Source: an uncultured Rikenellaceae bacterium (lineage in GTDB: Bacteria > Bacteroidota > Bacteroidia > Bacteroidales > VadinHA17). From it: 51,460 bases of DNA. The translations under genes and the position numbers were made by a program. The stretch lies in contig CAYRQY010000001.1 of the NCBI GenBank assembly GCA_964426435.1, forward strand, positions 1 to 51,460, read 5' to 3'. This document shows positions 26,492 to 35,367 of this stretch, one piece after another (the first letter of the stretch is position 1; the number at the start of each line of letters is the position of its first letter). The notes beneath the pieces were generated by a model. It was given only the letters and a program-made list of their open reading frames with translations, searched no databases and was not told the DNA's origin.

Positions 26492-27979
26492 ATGAGTGCA
26501 ACACAGAAAAAGGCAATATGCCTGTACTTCCAGGTGCATCAGCCCTTCCGGCTAAAAAGGTACAGATTCTTCGACCTTGGACACGATCATTATTACTATG
26601 ACGACTATTCCAATGAGTCGATCATGAGGAAAGTGGCCGGTAAATGCTATCTTCCGGCCAATGAGATTATTGCTGATCTGATAGCCAGACATAAGGGAAA
26701 GTTCAAAGTGACTTTCTCACTTTCCGGACTGGTAATTAATCAGTTCCGTCTTTACGCTCCGGAAGTCCTCGATTCTTTCAGGAGACTTGCAGAGACGGGT
26801 ATGGTTGAATTCCTCGCAGAGACAAATTCACACTCCCTGGCTTCGCTGAAAAGCAAGCCTGAATTTGAGAGGCAGGTAGCAGTTCACCGGGAGATGATGA
26901 AGGAATTCCTGGGGGTTGAACCCTCTTCATTCCGTAACACCGAAATGATATACTCCGACCTTATCGGCTCATGGGTGTCGGATATGGGCTTTAAGGCCAT
27001 GCTCACGGAAGGTGCCAAGCACATACTGGGTTGGAAAAGTCCTAACTTTTTGTATTGCAATTCTTTAAATCCTCGTCTGAAAGTCCTCCTAAGGAACTTT
27101 GTTTTGAGTGATGATATAGCATTCAGATTCTCAAACAGGGAATGGAACGAATGGCCGCTCACAGCTGATAAATACACGGCGTGGCTGAACAAACTGGCTC
27201 CAAAGAGTGAACTGATAAATGTATTTATTGATTACGAAACCTTCGGTGAGCATAATTCACGGGAGACTGGTATCTTCGACTTCCTGAGGCACCTCCCGGG
27301 CAGTGTGCTGAAAAAGACTCCCTTCAGGTTTATGACACCCTCTGAAGTTGCCGACGAACTGCAGCCCGTTGCAGCGATAAGCGTCCCGTCCCCCATTTCC
27401 TGGGCCGACGAGGAGAGGGATCTGACAGCATGGAACGGGAATGAACTTCAGATTGCAGCACTGGACAAGCTCTATCAGCTTGCAAACAGCATAAATAATT
27501 GTCAGGATGCGCAGCTTAAGAAAGACTGGGACTACCTGCAATCGAGCGACCACTTCTACTACATGGCAACAAAATTTTTCTCCGACGGGGCAGTTCATGC
27601 ATATTTCAATCCCTATGAAACACCATATGATGCATTCATGAATTACATGAATGTGCTCAGCGACTTTGAGATAAGGCTTAACAGGTGCATCCCCGGTATT
27701 AACGAACAATTTGAAATAACCAAACTTAATGCCCTTATCAGGGAGAAGGAACAGATCATCGACCAGATGGCCCTTGAGGTTGAACGACTTAAAAAAAAGC
27801 CGGCAAGGAAGAGAACCCTGTCAGGTGATTCTGATAAAACGGAACCACTGCCGGTAAAGCCAATCGCAGCGGCAAATACCAAAACCACCGGAAAAACCGT
27901 TAAAAGAGGAACCCTGAAGGCAAAACCTGAGACAAATCCATTTTCTGCCGCGAAGAAGAAGAGAAAAGAAAAAAAGTAA
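26492..27979 (+). CDS. Glycoside hydrolase family 57 (alpha-amylase/amylopullulanase-like) with coiled-coil and Lys-rich C-terminal tail
   Basis: 495-aa ORF with the GH57 opening block ICLYFQVHQPFRL, then FLAETNSH and IDYETFGEH. The last ~80 aa are REKEQIIDQMALEVERLKKK ... AAKKKRKEKK. Confidence 0.85.
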   Translation: MSATQKKAICLYFQVHQPFRLKRYRFFDLGHDHYYYDDYSNESIMRKVAGKCYLPANEIIADLIARHKGKFKVTFSLSGLVINQFRLYAPEVLDSFRRLAETGMVEFLAETNSHSLASLKSKPEFERQVAVHREMMKEFLGVEPSSFRNTEMIYSDLIGSWVSDMGFKAMLTEGAKHILGWKSPNFLYCNSLNPRLKVLLRNFVLSDDIAFRFSNREWNEWPLTADKYTAWLNKLAPKSELINVFIDYETFGEHNSRETGIFDFLRHLPGSVLKKTPFRFMTPSEVADELQPVAAISVPSPISWADEERDLTAWNGNELQIAALDKLYQLANSINNCQDAQLKKDWDYLQSSDHFYYMATKFFSDGAVHAYFNPYETPYDAFMNYMNVLSDFEIRLNRCIPGINEQFEITKLNALIREKEQIIDQMALEVERLKKKPARKRTLSGDSDKTEPLPVKPIAAANTKTTGKTVKRGTLKAKPETNPFSAAKKKRKEKK

Positions 27980-28009
27980 AACACAATAATATACAAAAAC
28001 AATTTGCTG

Positions 28010-31000
28010 ATGAATGTTGAACTGATCTTTGAAACCAGTTGGGAAGTTTGTAACAAGGTAGGAGGAATTCACACGGTAATCTCCACGAAAGCTCTTAATA
28101 TTGTCAATGAACTAAAGGATAATTATGTTTTAATCGGTCCCGATGTATGGCGGGAGGATGTTACCAACCCGGAATTCATTCCGGATGAGTCGCTGTTCAG
28201 GGAATGGACCACAAGGGCCATATCAGACGGATTAAGGGTACGGGCTGGCAGATGGAACATTGCCGGCAAACCGGTTGTTATTCTCATTGATTTCACACCT
28301 TATTTCGGACAGCAGAATGAGATCTTTGCCCGCTTCTGGGAAACATATAAGCTGGACAGTATTTCGGGGCAGTGGGATTATGTCGAACCTGCTCTCTTCG
28401 GATACGCAGCCGGCAAGCTGATTGAGAGCTTTACATCATTTTACCACGAACACCATAACATTGTGGCCCAGTTCCACGAGTGGATGACGGGCACAGGTAT
28501 TCTTTACATTGAAAAGCATGCGCCATGGATTGCCACCGTATTTACCAGTCATGCCACAGTACTTGGTCGTTGCATTGCAGGGAACAGCAGGCCCCTCTAC
28601 GGAAAAATGAAAGAGTATAACCCTATTGCTGTAGCAAGGGAATTCAATGTTGTAGCGAAGCAATCTCTCGAGAAAATTTCCGCATCGGTCGCAGATGCCT
28701 TCACCACGGTGAGCGAGATAACATCGCGTGAGTGTTCATATTTCCTCGGGAATGAGGTAAACCTCGTGACCCCAAACGGTTTTGAAGATTCATTTGTTCC
28801 GTCAAAACAGAATTTTGGGGAGAAGCGGTCGGCTGCAAGGGAGAAGCTAAAGAAGGTTGCAGAAGGTGTTCTTGGATACAGCCTCCCGGATGATTGTGTG
28901 CTGATTGCCAACAGCGGGCGATATGAATACAGAAATAAAGGAGTAGACGTTTACATCGATTCTCTTGGTGAGCTTAAGAGGAACGACAACATCGTGAAGG
29001 AGTGTGTCGCTTTCCTCCTTATGCCCGCATATCATAAGGGTCCTCGTCAGGACCTTGCTGATTATCTGTATAATAACGGGCCAATAAACGGTATAGACAG
29101 GTTTCTGACACATTGCCTGCACTACCCCGAATCAGATCCTGTGCTAAGAAGGATTAATGAGCAGGGACTCAATAACACCAGGGATTCGAAGGTAAAATTC
29201 ATTTTCGTCCCTTCCTACCTCAACGGCGACGACGGCATATTTAACATCCCATACTATGACCTTCTGATAGGATTTGACCTGACGGTATTCCCTTCATACT
29301 ATGAACCATGGGGCTACACTCCGCTTGAGAGCCTTATGTTCTCCATTCCCACCGTAACAACATCTCTGTCGGGGTTCGGACTCTGGGTGCAAACTTACTT
29401 TGAAGAACCGGGTAACGGGATCTTTGTCGTTGAGAGGACTGATGATAATGAGAAAAAGGTAGTCGAAGCAATAAAGGATTTTGTTCACAAATTTATCGGC
29501 CTGAGTGAGGAGGAGGTCAGGCAGGCAAGGAGCAAGGCGCACCAGATATCCAGGATAGCAATGTGGGATACCCTGGTGAAACACTATTTCGAAGCATACC
29601 GCATTGCACTGGACAACAGCAGCATGAGAAGGGAAGAGCCAAGGGAGTTCGTTTCCTTCGTCGAGGCTCCCGGACTTGAGGTGAGAAAACCTCACCAGAT
29701 GCCGGTCTGGAAGGATATCTATGTTCAAAGTGATGTACCGGAGAAGATTGCCTCCCTTAAGGAACTGGCCGATAACCTGTGGTGGTCGTGGAACACTGAA
29801 GCGGAGATGCTCTTCAGGCGAATGGACCCGACTATCTGGGAAGAAGTGCGTCATAACCCGAAGCTGCTCCTTGAGAAGATTGATTATAAAAGGCTGCTGG
29901 TCCTGGAGGATGACGACGACTTTGTGGGTGAGCTTGAAAAGGTTTACGGCGCCTTCAGTGATTATATGAATCGCCCCGACGATGATAAAACCCCTTCGGT
30001 AGCCTATTTCAGCATGGAATTCGGCATCCATCACAGCCTTAAGCTCTATTCCGGAGGCCTGGGAGTACTTGCCGGCGATTACCTCAAGGAGGCAAGCGAT
30101 TCCAATGCAAGAATTACCGGTATTGGTCTGCTTTACAGGTATGGATACTTCAACCAAAAGATAGGACCCAGGGGAGAACAGCTCGCCGTTTACGAAGCTG
30201 AAGAGTTTTCACACCTTCCAGTCATACCGGTCAAGTCCAAAGATGACACTCAACTTGTAGTCTCCCTCTCCTGGCCGGGCAGAACGGTAAATGTCAGGAT
30301 TTGGGAAGCGATGGTAGGGAAGGTCAGGCTGATCCTTCTGGATACTGATTTCGACGATAACTCACATGAAGACAGGACGATAACTCATTACCTGTACGGG
30401 GGCGACAACGAAAACAGGCTCAAGCAGGAACTCATCCTGGGAATTGGCGGTATGAGGGCTATCACAGAAATAGGTATCTGCCCCGATATTTACCACAGCA
30501 ATGAGGGCCATTCCGCTTTCATAAGCCTTGAAAGGATGAGGCATCTGATTAACGACTGTCATCTTACATTCGATCATGCAATTGAAGTTGTCAGATCCTC
30601 TACGCTCTTCACAACACATACTCCCGTGCCTGCCGGGCATGACGCCTTTGATGAGGACCTGCTCCGCAAATACATCTCACATTACCATGCACGCCTCAAT
30701 ATATCGTGGGATGAACTTATGGCTCTCGGAAGGTGTGAAGGGGACCATGACAGGAAATTCAACATGAGCTACCTTGCAACAAGAATGTCACAGGAGGTAA
30801 ACGGTGTGAGCAAACTCCACGGGGAAGTAAGCAGGGGGATGTTCAACAAGCTCTGGCCAGGATATCTCAAGGAGGAGCTCTATATCAGCCACGTGACAAA
30901 CGGTGTCCATTTTCCGACATGGCTTGCGCCGGAATGGAAAGAGGTGTACAGGGAACTGACCGGAACGGTTAACTTTGACCAGACAGACAGAAGCTTATGG

Positions 31001-32233
31001 GAAAAGTTGTACACCCTTGACGATAAACGGGTTTACGAAATTAAGACCTCTCTCAAGAAGAGCCTCTTTAAAAAGATCAGGAAGACTCTACAGACCGATA
31101 TGATGGAACGGCATGTAAGTCCCCGTAAGCTCTTGAATATCAGTTCTCACCTTAACGAAAATGCTCTTACGATAGCTTTTGCACGTCGTTTTGCCACCTA
31201 TAAGAGGGCTGCGCTTCTTTTCAGGGATCTCGACAGACTGGAAAGGCTGGTAAACAATGCCGATAAGCCTGTTCAGTTTATCTTTGCAGGCAAGGCCCAT
31301 CCCCACGACGGAGGCGGACACGACCTGATAAGGAGGATCTACGAAGTATCACAGATGCCCCAATTCACCGGTAAGGTTATTCTCCTCGAAAATTATGATA
31401 TTGATCTGGCTAAATACCTCGTGAGAGGAGTCGATATATGGCTGAACACTCCGACACGACCACTCGAAGCATCCGGAACAAGCGGAGAAAAAGCTGTGAT
31501 GAACGGGACTCTTCACTTCAGCGTTCTCGACGGCTGGTGGGTTGAAGGATACCGGGCTTTCGCAGGCTGGGCGCTCCCCAAGAAAAGGACCTTCATAAAT
31601 CAGGACCTTCAGGACGACGTCGACGCCGAGACCATTTACAATATGCTTGAATTTGAGATCATTCCGGCATACTATTCGTTCAATGAAGAGGGAATCCCCG
31701 TTGAATGGATAAGCCTTGTAAAGAATACAATGGTCAAGATAGCCCCCGAATTTACGATGAAAAGGATGCTGGACGACTACCACCAGAAGTTCTATTCAAA
31801 ACTTTGGGACCGCAATAAATACCTGGTAAGCAACAATTTTGAAAAGGCCAAGGATCTTGTATCCTGGAAACATTCGATGCGACACGAATGGGACAATATT
31901 GAGGTAATAAACTACAGCTTCGAGCGTCCGGGTGAAAGCGTTTACCGCTCAGGACATGATTACCGGGCCGAGATCGCGCTGGATGTAAAACAGATACCAA
32001 AGGAGCACGTGGGGGTCGAATTCGTCATCGCGCGGCTTAACAAGCATGGCGCCTACGAGTTTGTCGACAGTGAGGAGTTTAAGCTTGTAAGCTGCAAGAA
32101 CGGAAAATGCCTCTACAGGGCAAGCCTCGTACCGGAAAAGGCAGGGACCTTCTTCTATGGGATACGAATATTCCCGAAACACAAGGATCTCCCGCACAGA
32201 CAGGATTTCTACCTCCTGAGGTGGATAGACTGA
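28010..32233 (+). CDS. Fusion protein: GT3 (eukaryote-like, UDP-Glc-type) glycogen synthase + GT35 alpha-glucan phosphorylase
   Basis: Single uninterrupted ORF (track start TTG 28004; ATG 28010 preferred). The N-terminal ~545 aa carry FETSWEVCNKVGGIHTVISTKA (compare FEVAWEVANKVGGIYTV of eukaryotic GYS). The C-terminal ~830 aa carry LADNLWWSWN (DUF3417), YFSMEFG, GGLGVLAGD and the PLP-Lys block EASGTSGEKAVMNGTL. Confidence 0.85.
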   Translation: MNVELIFETSWEVCNKVGGIHTVISTKALNIVNELKDNYVLIGPDVWREDVTNPEFIPDESLFREWTTRAISDGLRVRAGRWNIAGKPVVILIDFTPYFGQQNEIFARFWETYKLDSISGQWDYVEPALFGYAAGKLIESFTSFYHEHHNIVAQFHEWMTGTGILYIEKHAPWIATVFTSHATVLGRCIAGNSRPLYGKMKEYNPIAVAREFNVVAKQSLEKISASVADAFTTVSEITSRECSYFLGNEVNLVTPNGFEDSFVPSKQNFGEKRSAAREKLKKVAEGVLGYSLPDDCVLIANSGRYEYRNKGVDVYIDSLGELKRNDNIVKECVAFLLMPAYHKGPRQDLADYLYNNGPINGIDRFLTHCLHYPESDPVLRRINEQGLNNTRDSKVKFIFVPSYLNGDDGIFNIPYYDLLIGFDLTVFPSYYEPWGYTPLESLMFSIPTVTTSLSGFGLWVQTYFEEPGNGIFVVERTDDNEKKVVEAIKDFVHKFIGLSEEEVRQARSKAHQISRIAMWDTLVKHYFEAYRIALDNSSMRREEPREFVSFVEAPGLEVRKPHQMPVWKDIYVQSDVPEKIASLKELADNLWWSWNTEAEMLFRRMDPTIWEEVRHNPKLLLEKIDYKRLLVLEDDDDFVGELEKVYGAFSDYMNRPDDDKTPSVAYFSMEFGIHHSLKLYSGGLGVLAGDYLKEASDSNARITGIGLLYRYGYFNQKIGPRGEQLAVYEAEEFSHLPVIPVKSKDDTQLVVSLSWPGRTVNVRIWEAMVGKVRLILLDTDFDDNSHEDRTITHYLYGGDNENRLKQELILGIGGMRAITEIGICPDIYHSNEGHSAFISLERMRHLINDCHLTFDHAIEVVRSSTLFTTHTPVPAGHDAFDEDLLRKYISHYHARLNISWDELMALGRCEGDHDRKFNMSYLATRMSQEVNGVSKLHGEVSRGMFNKLWPGYLKEELYISHVTNGVHFPTWLAPEWKEVYRELTGTVNFDQTDRSLWEKLYTLDDKRVYEIKTSLKKSLFKKIRKTLQTDMMERHVSPRKLLNISSHLNENALTIAFARRFATYKRAALLFRDLDRLERLVNNADKPVQFIFAGKAHPHDGGGHDLIRRIYEVSQMPQFTGKVILLENYDIDLAKYLVRGVDIWLNTPTRPLEASGTSGEKAVMNGTLHFSVLDGWWVEGYRAFAGWALPKKRTFINQDLQDDVDAETIYNMLEFEIIPAYYSFNEEGIPVEWISLVKNTMVKIAPEFTMKRMLDDYHQKFYSKLWDRNKYLVSNNFEKAKDLVSWKHSMRHEWDNIEVINYSFERPGESVYRSGHDYRAEIALDVKQIPKEHVGVEFVIARLNKHGAYEFVDSEEFKLVSCKNGKCLYRASLVPEKAGTFFYGIRIFPKHKDLPHRQDFYLLRWID

Positions 32234-32248
32234 CAGGCTTGCTTACGA

Positions 32249-34276
32249 TTATATATCTGTTGCCCTGCGTATTGGTTCGCTTTTCAGGACTATAGCTGTT
32301 CTGGAGGGCAGGTACAGATACAGGTTTAGCGGCTGACTGACATTAAACCTCTCTGCCTTCCGCATCGAGAGGTGAACAACGCTTCTGTCAATGCGCCCGT
32401 ATCCACCGAATTCCGGATCGTCGGTATCCAGGATGATCCTGAATTTACCTTTGACCGGGATTCCGTAATCGGTGAATGAGGATGTCGGATTAAAATTGAA
32501 AACAAACAGGAGTCCGCCTCTCATAAAGGCAATGATCTTGTCGCTGCTGTTCTCATAGATCCTGTTCACGAAATGATCGTCAAGCAACCTTTGCTCATTC
32601 TGCAGGGCTGTCATCTTCCTGTCGAAATCAGCAAGAAAAACATATTTCAGACTTTCGTCCTTTATGAGATGCCACTGCCTGCGTGCAAACTGGTAGCTCC
32701 AGTTGTTTCCCTCACGGGGGAAATCGATCCATTCGGGATGACCAAACTCATTCCCCATGAAATTCAGATAACCGCCGCCTGCTGTTGCAAAGGTGAGCAG
32801 CCTGATCATTTTATGGAGGGCAATGCCCCGGTCCATTTTGAAGCTATGATGGGATTTTGTCATCCCTGTATACATCTCAGCATCCAGCATCCTGAAAATA
32901 AGGGTCTTGTCACCTACCAAAGCCTGGTCGTGCGATTCACAGTATGAGATTATCCTCTCCTCCGGCCGGTGCTGCGTCAGCTCATGCATCAGGTGTCCCA
33001 TATCCCAGCTCTCGTCGGGGACCTCTTTTACAAGCTTGATCCAGAAATCGGGAACGCCCATCGACAGCCGGTAATCAAACCCGTAACCATATTTGTCGGC
33101 CGGAGCCGCTATTCCCGGCATACCGCTCATATCCTCCGCAATGGTGAGGGCCCGCGGATTGAGCTGATGAATCACCCTGTTTGCAAGATACAGATAGACA
33201 AGTGCATCCTCATCCTGGTTGCCGTCAAAATAGTCGCTGTAAGAGACAAAATTCTTCTCAAGCCCATGATCGAAATAGATCATGCTGGTTATCCCGTCGA
33301 ACCTGAAACCGTCGAATCTGTACTCTTCAAGCCAGTAGCGGCAGTTAGACAACAGGAAATGAATTACATTCTCCTTCCCGTAATCAAAACACAATGAATC
33401 CCATGCAACATGATTCCTGCGGTGATTCGCGTGGAAATACTGTCCCGGCGAACCGTCGAACAATCCGAGTCCTTCGTTTACGTTCTTTACGGAATGGGAA
33501 TGGACAATGTCCATAATGACCCGTACCCCGGAAGCGTGGGCTGTGTCGATGAGTTCTTTCAGGTCTTCGGGGGTGCCGAAACGGGAGGAAGCTGCAAAGA
33601 AGCTCGAGACATGATAACCGAACGACCCGTAAAACGGATGTTCCTGGATAGCCATTAACTGAATTGTATTATAGCCGGCCTTCACTATCAGCGGAAGCAC
33701 ATTTTTTGTAAACTCCCGGTAGGTACCCGTCTTTTCTTCGGTTGTGGCCATTCCCACGTGAGCTTCATAGATCAGGGGAGGACCTTCGGGTGCGTTGAAA
33801 TTGTCTGTTTTCCATTTATAGGGAGTTCCTGGGTCCCATACCTGGGTTGTGAATATTTTTGTTGTTTCGTCCTGCACTACCCTGTTTGCATATGAAGGGA
33901 TACGTTCTCCCTTACCGCCGTTCCAGTGAACTGACAGTTTATAGAGATCTTCGTGACTGAGAGCCTCTGAAGGCAGGGTGATCTCCCAGTTGCCGCTTCG
34001 CGTTATCCTTTTAAGCTCAAATTCAGGTTTATCTTTCCAGCCAGAGAAGGAGCCTGTCAGAAATATTCTGGTGGCATTGGGAGCCCATTCCCTGAATATC
34101 CATCCGCTTTCGGTGCGGTGAAGTCCGAAATAAAAATGGCCGATCCCAAAATCGCAGATATTGCCGCTTCCCGAAAGCCGGGTCTCTTTTAAGAGGCATT
34201 TATCTATCCGGCTGTCGATCAGTTGCCTGAAAGGATCGAGCCAGGGGTCCGACAGGTAGAACTTTACGGAATTCAT
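32249..34276 (-). CDS. glgB: 1,4-alpha-glucan branching enzyme, GH13 (eukaryote-like subfamily 8 type)
   Basis: 675-aa ORF with the four alpha-amylase-family regions DIVHSHS, GFRFDGITSM, IAEDMSG and YCESHDQ, and an N-terminal CBM48-like region. The overall pattern resembles eukaryotic-type branching enzymes. Confidence 0.85.
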   Translation of the reverse strand: MNSVKFYLSDPWLDPFRQLIDSRIDKCLLKETRLSGSGNICDFGIGHFYFGLHRTESGWIFREWAPNATRIFLTGSFSGWKDKPEFELKRITRSGNWEITLPSEALSHEDLYKLSVHWNGGKGERIPSYANRVVQDETTKIFTTQVWDPGTPYKWKTDNFNAPEGPPLIYEAHVGMATTEEKTGTYREFTKNVLPLIVKAGYNTIQLMAIQEHPFYGSFGYHVSSFFAASSRFGTPEDLKELIDTAHASGVRVIMDIVHSHSVKNVNEGLGLFDGSPGQYFHANHRRNHVAWDSLCFDYGKENVIHFLLSNCRYWLEEYRFDGFRFDGITSMIYFDHGLEKNFVSYSDYFDGNQDEDALVYLYLANRVIHQLNPRALTIAEDMSGMPGIAAPADKYGYGFDYRLSMGVPDFWIKLVKEVPDESWDMGHLMHELTQHRPEERIISYCESHDQALVGDKTLIFRMLDAEMYTGMTKSHHSFKMDRGIALHKMIRLLTFATAGGGYLNFMGNEFGHPEWIDFPREGNNWSYQFARRQWHLIKDESLKYVFLADFDRKMTALQNEQRLLDDHFVNRIYENSSDKIIAFMRGGLLFVFNFNPTSSFTDYGIPVKGKFRIILDTDDPEFGGYGRIDRSVVHLSMRKAERFNVSQPLNLYLYLPSRTAIVLKSEPIRRATDI

Positions 34277-34354
34277 TTTTGTGGGCTGGTAGTTATGCTT
34301 TTATAAAAGTACAAAAACTTAATCATAAATATATCCTGTTTTAACAGGCTTTGT

Positions 34355-34362
34355 TAATTTTG
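34355..34362 (+). promoter_or_regulatory. Candidate -7 promoter box TAATTTTG for ribF
   Basis: Exact TAnnTTTG match 18 nt upstream of the ribF ATG. Confidence 0.4.
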
Positions 34363-34379
34363 CCGGGACACTTTTCAAA

Positions 34380-35309
34380 ATGACAGTTCACTACGGATAT
34401 GAGGGGGTAAGGCTTTTAAGGCCGGTCGTAACATCGGGCATTTTCGATGGCGTGCACCGGGGACATAAGGCTCTTCTTGAGGTGCTTGTTTCGAGGGCAA
34501 GGGAAATGCAGGGAGAATCGGTGGCAATAACCTTTTCGCCCCATCCCAGGCTGGTTTTGCCCGGAGAGGGTTTAAAGCAGGTCTGTCTGAACACCCCCGC
34601 GGAGAAGATCACTCTTCTTGAGGAATGCCACATCGATCATCTCATAATACTGGAATTTACCGCTGAGTTCAGCAGAATGGGTGCTGAAGAATTTATCGGG
34701 AGCATTCTTGCCGGCAAGTTTGGCACGAAGCATCTTGTAATAGGTTACGATCATCATTTTGGCAGGGATGCGGGAGGAGATTATGAAATGATAAAGCGGC
34801 TTGCCGGAGCGTCGGGGTTCACGGTGGAGCAGGTTGAAGGGGTAAGGGAAGATGATTCCGTGATCAGTTCTTCAATTATACGTGGAGCGCTGCTTGGTGG
34901 CAGACTCGATGAGGCAAACAGAAAGCTGGGCTATTTCTACCGGCTGGGGGGTAGTGTGGTGAAGGGGCGAAGGCTTGGCCGCTCGCTGGGCTTCCCGACC
35001 GCCAATATAATGCCCGGCGACAGGCATAAACTGATACCGGCCGACGGTGTCTACGCAGTGGAGGTAATCCTGGGACCAGCTACCTATCCCGGCATGCTAA
35101 GCATAGGGTATAATCCCACTGTAAGCAGGGGAGAAAGGAAAAGGAGCATAGAGGTTCATATCATTAATTTTGAAGGCAATATCTATGGAAGAGAGATTAC
35201 CATTCTCTTCCGCCACAGGCTCAGGGATGAGATAAGATTTGAAACCACTGAAGAGCTTAAACGGCAGATGGAACTTGACAGGGATTGGGCCCTCAGGCTT
35301 TTATCCTGA
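34380..35309 (+). CDS. ribF: Bifunctional riboflavin kinase / FMN adenylyltransferase
   Basis: 309-aa ORF with GIFDGVHRGH (nucleotidyltransferase HxGH-type motif) and the C-terminal riboflavin-kinase block GRRLGRSLGFPTANI ... EVHIINFEGNIYG. Confidence 0.9.
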   Translation: MTVHYGYEGVRLLRPVVTSGIFDGVHRGHKALLEVLVSRAREMQGESVAITFSPHPRLVLPGEGLKQVCLNTPAEKITLLEECHIDHLIILEFTAEFSRMGAEEFIGSILAGKFGTKHLVIGYDHHFGRDAGGDYEMIKRLAGASGFTVEQVEGVREDDSVISSSIIRGALLGGRLDEANRKLGYFYRLGGSVVKGRRLGRSLGFPTANIMPGDRHKLIPADGVYAVEVILGPATYPGMLSIGYNPTVSRGERKRSIEVHIINFEGNIYGREITILFRHRLRDEIRFETTEELKRQMELDRDWALRLLS

Positions 35310-35329
35310 CACGGCAGGATTTATTTTAC

Positions 35330-35337
35330 TATCTTTG
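35330..35337 (+). promoter_or_regulatory. Candidate -7 promoter box TATCTTTG for ahcY
   Basis: Exact TAnnTTTG match 31 nt upstream of the ahcY ATG. Confidence 0.4.
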
Positions 35338-35367
35338 CAGTCGGAAAAATAATTAATATATACACCA

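Noticed and set aside
29294-30157. 287-aa minus-strand ORF inside the GT3-GT35 gene
   Set aside because: It is antisense to a strongly supported coding region, with no motifs and no start or promoter context. The same reasoning applies to 25693..26298, 2341..2925, 36046..36549, 5372..5851, 31349..31783 and the other short antisense ORFs in the track.
28004-32233. Possibility that the 1407-aa fusion is an artefact of a missed stop or frameshift between two genes
   Set aside because: I read through the junction (29600..29800) and the frame is continuous, with a plausible linker and no stop. I therefore report it as a real fusion, pending read-level confirmation.
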